A stretch of 64,000 nucleotides of DNA from the human T2T-CHM13v2.0 reference genome, Homo sapiens, in assembly GCF_009914755.1 (NCBI RefSeq), contig NC_060948.1, one strand, 5' to 3'. Below the pieces are notes generated by a model. The model had not been told where the DNA came from and did no database searches. It saw nothing but the letters and a program-made list of their open reading frames with translations. Made by a program: the position numbers and the translations under genes. Numbering within the stretch: the stretch's first letter is position 1; each line of letters starts with the position of its first letter. Below are positions 56,965 to 64,000 of the stretch, one piece after another.

Positions 56965-59900
56965 GTAATGGACTGGAGTGAAATGGACTGGAAAGGAATG
57001 GACTCAAATTGAAAGGGCTCGAAAGGAATGGAGTCAAATGGAATGGTCTGGAATGGAATGAACACGAATGTAATGCAACCCAATAGAATGGAATCGAATG
57101 GCATGGAATATAAAGAAATGGAATCGAAGAGAATGGAAACAAATGGAATGGAATTGAATGGAATGGAATTGAATGGAATGGGAACGAATGGAGTGAAATT
57201 GTATGCAGTAGAAGAGAATAGAATGGAATGCAAGCGAAAGGAAAGGAATGGATTGGAATGGAATGGAATTCATTGGAATGGAAGGGAATGTAGTGTAATG
57301 GACAGGCCTGGAATAAAGTGGAATGCTACGGTCTCGAATGGAATAAAAATGTATGGAATGGAATGCAATGAAACGGAATCGAATGTCATAGAATGTAATG
57401 GAATGCAAAAAAATGGAATCCAAAATCATTGACTGGAAAGGCTGGGTGTCGAAAGGAATTGACTCCAATGGAATGGAATCGAATGGAATGGAAGTGAATA
57501 GAATCGAACTAAATCGAATGGAATGGAATTGATAGGAACGGAATGGAAAGGAATGCAATGATTTGGCATGGAATGGAATCGAATGGCATCGAATGGAATG
57601 GAATGGAATGCAATGGAATGGAATGTATTAGAATGTAATGAACTTTAATGGAATGTACTCGAATGGATTCGACTGGAATGGAATGTTCTGGAAGTGAATG
57701 GACTCCAATGGAATGGATTCAAAAGGAATGGAATCGTACGGAATGGAATCTAATGGAATGGAATTAAATGGAAATGAATCAAATTGAATAGCACGGAATT
57801 GAATTGAATGGAATGGAATGCAATGGAATCTAATGAAACGGAAAGGAAAGGAATGGAATGGAATGGAATGGGCTGGAATGGAAAGGAATCGAAACGAATG
57901 GAATGGAATCGAACTGAAGAGACTGGAATGGAATGCACTGGAATGGAAGGGAGTGTAATGGAAGGTTCTCGAAAAAAATGGAATCGAATGGAATGGAATT
58001 GAATGGAACGGAATAGAGTCGAATGGAATTGAATGGAATGGAATGGACTAGAGTGAAATGGAATCGAACCACAAGGAATGGACAGGAATAGAATGGTCTC
58101 GAATTGAATGGAATCGTATGGAATGGCATCAAACGGAATGGAATGGACAGCCACGGAATGGAATGCACTCGAAAGCAATGGAGTCGAAACTAATGGACTG
58201 GAATAGAATGGACTCGACTGGTACGGACTCCAATGGAATGGAATCGAATGGAAGGGAATCGAACGGAAGGGAATCGAACGGAATGGACTCGAAGGGAAAA
58301 GACTGCAATGGAAAGGTCTCGAATGGAATGGAAATTAATGGAATGGAATGGAATCGAATGAAATGGAGTCAAAAGGAATGGAATCGAATGGCAAGAAATC
58401 GAATGTAATGGAATCGCCAGGAATTGATGTGAATGGAACGGAATGGAATGGAATCCAAAGGAATGGAATAGAATGGAATGGAATCGAATGGAAAGGACTC
58501 GAATGGAAATCACTCGAATAGAATGCAATTTAATAAAATAGGATCAAATGTAATGGAATGGAATGGAAAGGAATCGAAACGAAAGGAATGGAGACAGATG
58601 GAATGGAATGGAACAGAGAGCAATGGTATAGAATGGAATGGAATCATCTGGAATGGAATTGAATGGAATGGAATAATATGAAATGGAATGGAATGGAATG
58701 GAATGGAATGCCCTTGAATTGAATGGACTGGAATAGAATGGACTCAAACAGAGTGGAATGGAAAGTGTGGAGATAGAATGGAATGAACTCCTTTGGAATG
58801 GTGTAGTATGCAATGCAATCGACTGGCAGGGAATCAAAAGGTATGTAATCGAAAGGATTGGACTGGAATGCAAAGGACTCGAATAGATTGGAAACGGAAT
58901 GCAAAGGAATGGAATGGAATAGTATGGAATGCAATGGAAGGGAATGGAGTGGAATAGACTAGAGTGGAATGGAATGGACTGGAAAGCAATGGACTGGAAT
59001 GGAACTTTCTTGGATGGACTGGAATCAAACGGAATGGAATGCAGTGCAATCAAATGGCATGGAATAAAATAGAATGAAAGAGAATCAAATGGAATTGAAT
59101 CGAATGGAATCGAATGGATTGGAAAGGAATAGAATGGAATGGAATGGAATGGACTCAAATGGAATGGACTAGAATGGAATGGATTCGAATGGAAGGCAAA
59201 GGAATGGAATCTATTGGAATGGACTGTAATGGAATGGAATGGAAGGGATTGGAATGGACTCGAATGGAATGGACTGCAATAGAAAGGATTCGAATGGAAT
59301 GAAAAAGAATTGAATGGAATAGAACAGAATGGAATCAAATCGAATGAAATGGAATGGAATAGAAAGGAATGGAATGAAATGGAATGGAAAGGATTCGAAT
59401 GGAATGCAATCGAATGGAATGGAATCGAACGGAATGGAATAAAATGGAAGAAAACTGGCAAGAAATGGAATCGAAATGAATGGAGTGTTATGGAACGGAC
59501 TCAAAAGGAATTGAATGTAATAGAATGGAGTGGAGTGGACTCGAATATAATGGACTGGAATGGAATGAAATCACATGGAATGGGAACGAATGGAATGGAA
59601 TGGAAAGGAATGGAATCGAATGGAAAGGAATCGAATGGAAGGGAATGAAATTGAATCAACACGAATGGAAGGGAATAGAATAGACTGTAATGGAATGGAC
59701 TCGAATAGAATGGACACGAATGCTCAAATTAAATGGACTCGAATGGAATGGAAACGAAAGGAATGTCATCGAATGGAATTGAATCGATTGGAATGAAATC
59801 GCATAGAATGGAGTGGAATCAAATGGAATTGAATCGAAAGGAAAGGAAGCGAATGGACTGAAATGAAATGGAATGGAATTGAATGGAAAGTAATGCAATG

Positions 59901-60543
59901 GAATAGAATGGAACGAAATTTCACGGAATGGAATCAAACTGAATGGAATCAAATCAATGGAATCAAATCAAATGGAATGGAAAGGAATTGAATGGAGTAG
60001 ATGGGATTGGATGGGATTGGAATGAAATGTACTGGAAAGGACTCGAATTTCATGAAACGGAATGGAATGAATTGGAACGGAATGGACTCGAATGGAATGG
60101 AATGTCATGGGATGGCATCAAATGGAATGGCATCAAATGGAATGGAATCGAATGCAATGGAATGCTATAGAATGGAATGGAATGCATTGGAATGGAATGT
60201 CCTCTAATGGAGTGGATTCGAGTGGAATGGAATTGAATATAATGGAGTCGAATGAAATGGAATTGAAAGGAATGGGATCGAATACAATGGAATATACAGG
60301 AATGTAACGTAATGAACTCGAATGTAATTGACTGGAATGGAATGTACATGAATGGAATGTAATCGAATGGAAAGTAATCCAATGGAATAGAATCTAATGC
60401 AATAAAATCGACTCAGATAGAGTAGAATGTAATGGAATGGAGTGCAGTGCAATGGAATGGAATGGAATGGAATGCAATGGAATGGAATGGAATGGAATGG
60501 AATGGAATGGAATGGAATGGGATGGAATGGTATGGAATGGATA
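56965..60543. repeat. Unit 17 (3,579 bp)
   Basis: Anchor-to-anchor; one extra GGAAT in terminal tract relative to unit 16. Confidence 0.9.
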
Positions 60544-63500
60544 GTAATGGACTGGAGTGAAATGGACTGGAAAGGAATGGACTCAAATTGAAAGGGCTCG
60601 AAAGGAATGGAGTCAAATGGAATGGTCTGGAATGGAATGAACACGAATGTAATGCAACCCAATAGAATGGAATCGAATGGCATGGAATATAAAGAAATGG
60701 AATCGAAGAGAATGGAAACAAATGGAATGGAATTGAATGGAATGGAATTGAATGGAATGGGAACGAATGGAGTGAAATTGTATGCAGTAGAAGAGAATAG
60801 AATGGAATGCAAGCGAAAGGAAAGGAATGGATTGGAATGGAATGGAATTCATTGGAATGGAAGGGAATGTAGTGTAATGGACAGGCCTGGAATAAAGTGG
60901 AATGCTACGGTCTCGAATGGAATAAAAATGTATGGAATGGAATGCAATGAAACGGAATCGAATGTCATAGAATGTAATGGAATGCAAAAAAATGGAATCC
61001 AAAATCATTGACTGGAAAGGCTGGGTGTCGAAAGGAATTGACTCCAATGGAATGGAATCGAATGGAATGGAAGTGAATAGAATCGAACTAAATCGAATGG
61101 AATGGAATTGATAGGAACGGAATGGAAAGGAATGCAATGATTTGGCATGGAATGGAATCGAATGGCATCGAATGGAATGGAATGGAATGCAATGGAATGG
61201 AATGTATTAGAATGTAATGAACTTTAATGGAATGTACTCGAATGGATTCGACTGGAATGGAATGTTCTGGAAGTGAATGGACTCCAATGGAATGGATTCA
61301 AAAGGAATGGAATCGTACGGAATGGAATCTAATGGAATGGAATTAAATGGAAATGAATCAAATTGAATAGCACGGAATTGAATTGAATGGAATGGAATGC
61401 AATGGAATCTAATGAAACGGAAAGGAAAGGAATGGAATGGAATGGAATGGGCTGGAATGGAAAGGAATCGAAACGAATGGAATGGAATCGAACTGAAGAG
61501 ACTGGAATGGAATGCACTGGAATGGAAGGGAGTGTAATGGAAGGTTCTCGAAAAAAATGGAATCGAATGGAATGGAATTGAATGGAACGGAATAGAGTCG
61601 AATGGAATTGAATGGAATGGAATGGACTAGAGTGAAATGGAATCGAACCACAAGGAATGGACAGGAATAGAATGGTCTCGAATTGAATGGAATCGTATGG
61701 AATGGCATCAAACGGAATGGAATGGACAGCCACGGAATGGAATGCACTCGAAAGCAATGGAGTCGAAACTAATGGACTGGAATAGAATGGACTCGACTGG
61801 TACGGACTCCAATGGAATGGAATCGAATGGAAGGGAATCGAACGGAAGGGAATCGAACGGAATGGACTCGAAGGGAAAAGACTGCAATGGAAACGTCTCG
61901 AATGGAATGGAAATTAATGGAATGGAATGGAATCGAATGAAATGGAGTCAAAAGGAATGGAATCGAATGGCAAGAAATCGAATGTAATGGAATCGCCAGG
62001 AATTGATGTGAATGGAACGGAATGGAATGGAATCCAAAGGAATGGAATAGAATGGAATGGAATCGAATGGAAAGGACTCGAATGGAAATCACTCGAATAG
62101 AATGCAATTTAATAAAATAGGATCAAATGTAATGGAATGGAATGGAAAGGAATCGAAACGAAAGGAATGGAGACAGATGGAATGGAATGGAACAGAGAGC
62201 AATGGTATAGAATGGAATGGAATCATCTGGAATGGAATTGAATGGAATGGAATAATATGAAATGGAATGGAATGGAATGGAATGGAATGCCCTTGAATTG
62301 AATGGACTGGAATGGAATGGACTCAAACAGAGTGGAATGGAAAGTGTGGAGATAGAATGGAATGAACTCCTTTGGAATGGTGTAGTATGCAATGCAATCG
62401 ACTGGCAGGGAATCAAAAGGAATGTAATCGAATGGATTGGACTGGAATGCAATGGACTCGAATAGATTGGAAACGGAATGCAAAGGAATGGAATGGAATA
62501 GTATGGAATGCAATGGAAGGGAATGGAGTGGAATAGACTAGAGTGGAATGGAATGGACTGGAAAGCAATGGACTGGAATGGAACTTTCTTGGATGGACTG
62601 GAATCAAACGGAATGGAATGCAATGCAATCAAATGGCATGGAATAAAATAGAATGAAAGAGAATCAAATGGAATTGAATCGAATGGAATCGAATGGATTG
62701 GAAAGGAATAGAATGGAATGGAATGGAATGGACTCAAATGGAATGGACTAGAATGGAATGGATTCGAATGGAAGGCAAAGGAATGGAATCTATTGGAATG
62801 GACTGTAATGGAATGGAATGGAAGGGATTGGAATGGACTCGAATGGAATGGACTGCAATAGAAAGGATTCGAATGGAATGAAAAAGAATTGAATGGAATA
62901 GAACAGAATGGAATCAAATCGAATGAAATGGAATGGAATAGAAAGGAATGGAATGAAATGGAATGGAAAGGATTCGAATGGAATGCAATCGAATGGAATG
63001 GAATCGAACGGAATGGAATAAAATGGAAGAAAACTGGCAAGAAATGGAATCGAAATGAATGGAGTGTTATGGAACGGACTCAAAAGGAATTGAATGTAAT
63101 AGAATGGAGTGGAGTGGACTCGAATATAATGGACTGGAATGGAATGAAATCACATGGAATGGGAACGAATGGAATGGAATGGAAAGGAATGGAATCGAAT
63201 GGAAAGGAATCGAATGGAAGGGAATGAAATTGAATCAACACGAATGGAAGGGAATAGAATAGACTGTAATGGAATGGACTCGAATAGAATGGACACGAAT
63301 GCTCAAATTAAATGGACTCGAATGGAATGGAAACGAAAGGAATGTCATCGAATGGAATTGAATCGATTGGAATGAAATCGCATAGAATGGAGTGGAATCA
63401 AATGGAATTGAATCGAAAGGAAAGGAAGCGAATGGACTGAAATGAAATGGAATGGAATTGAATGGAAAGTAATGCAATGGAATAGAATGGAACGAAATTT

Positions 63501-64000
63501 CACGGAATGGAATCAAACTGAATGGAATCAAATCAATGGAATCAAATCAAATGGAATGGAAAGGAATTGAATGGAGTAGATGGGATTGGATGGGATTGGA
63601 ATGAAATGTACTGGAAAGGACTCGAATTTCATGAAACGGAATGGAATGAATTGGAACGGAATGGACTCGAATGGAATGGAATGTCATGGGATGGCATCAA
63701 ATGGAATGACATCAAATGGAATGGAATCGAATGCAATGGAATGCTATGGAATGGAATGGAATGCATTGGAATGGAATGTCCGCTAATGGAATGGATTCGA
63801 GTGGAATGGAATTGAATATAATGGAGTCGAATGAAATGGAATTGAAAGGAATGGGATCGAATACAATGGAATATACTGGAATGTAACGTAATGAACTCGA
63901 ATGTAATTGACTGGAATGGAATGTACATGAATGGAATGTAATCGAATGGAAAGTAATCCAATGGAATAGAATCTAATGCAATAAAATCGACTCAGATAGA
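60544..64000. repeat. Unit 18 (partial, truncated by window edge)
   Basis: Anchor at 60544; window ends at the GACTCAGATAGA landmark. Confidence 0.9.

Larger units (their letters stand above)
1..64000. repeat. DYZ1: Satellite III (HSat3)-type pentamer array with ~3.56-kb higher-order unit, most likely human Y-chromosome DYZ1 (Yq12 heterochromatin); GGAAT strand on +, single orientation
   Basis: Continuous GGAAT/CGAAT/GGACT/TGAAT/GCAAT pentamers. Unique landmarks (e.g. GGAAAGGCTGGGTGTCG, GGACAGCCACGG, GGAGACAGATGG, GACTCAGATAG) recur every 3,539-3,599 bp. One AGGCCT (HaeIII GGCC) per typical unit and one canonical GAATTC, consistent with the known 3.4-kb HaeIII / ~3.56-kb DYZ1 unit. Confidence 0.95.

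Noticed and set aside
64-63961. Hundreds of 60-413 aa ORFs on both strands (MEWNG.. / FHSIP.. repeats)
   Set aside because: These are direct translations of (GGAAT)n and (ATTCC)n, which have no stop codon in any frame. They are low-complexity, overlap in all frames, are frameshifted by 5- and 10-bp indels between units, and show no recognisable domain.
1-64000. CRISPR-like or repeat-spacer array
   Set aside because: There is no constant repeat with unique spacers. The variable words are themselves repeated every ~3.56 kb, and there are no cas-like ORFs.
1-64000. DYZ2/Alu/AT-rich blocks, L1 insertions, inversions, alpha satellite or HSat2
   Set aside because: The GGAAT strand stays on + throughout and no non-pentamer segment longer than a few tens of bases was seen. 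There is no 171-bp period and no dominant CATTCGATTC-type HSat2 pattern.

Overview
The whole 64-kb window is one head-to-tail array of diverged (GGAAT)n/(ATTCC)n pentamer satellite, organised into a ~3.54-3.60 kb higher-order unit (17 complete units plus one partial). Unit size, pentamer content and the single HaeIII and single canonical EcoRI site per typical unit match human satellite III DYZ1 of Yq12 heterochromatin. This identification comes from recognition, not a database search. I found no genes, RNA genes, transposons or inversions, and all ORFs are translation artefacts of the pentamer. The informative structure lies in the variants: (1) two invariant perfect heat-shock elements (nGAAnnTTCnnGAAn) per unit, plus a third that is intact only in left-hand units; (2) a near-perfect 7,078-bp two-unit tandem duplication; (3) a ~4.2-kb haplotype repeated 14.28 kb (four units) away, with an internal conversion-like patch; (4) a switch between two unit subfamilies; (5) a highly homogeneous monomer run on the right; and (6) indels that keep the pentamer register and favour 15 bp. 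I see no evidence for a novel protein-coding system.
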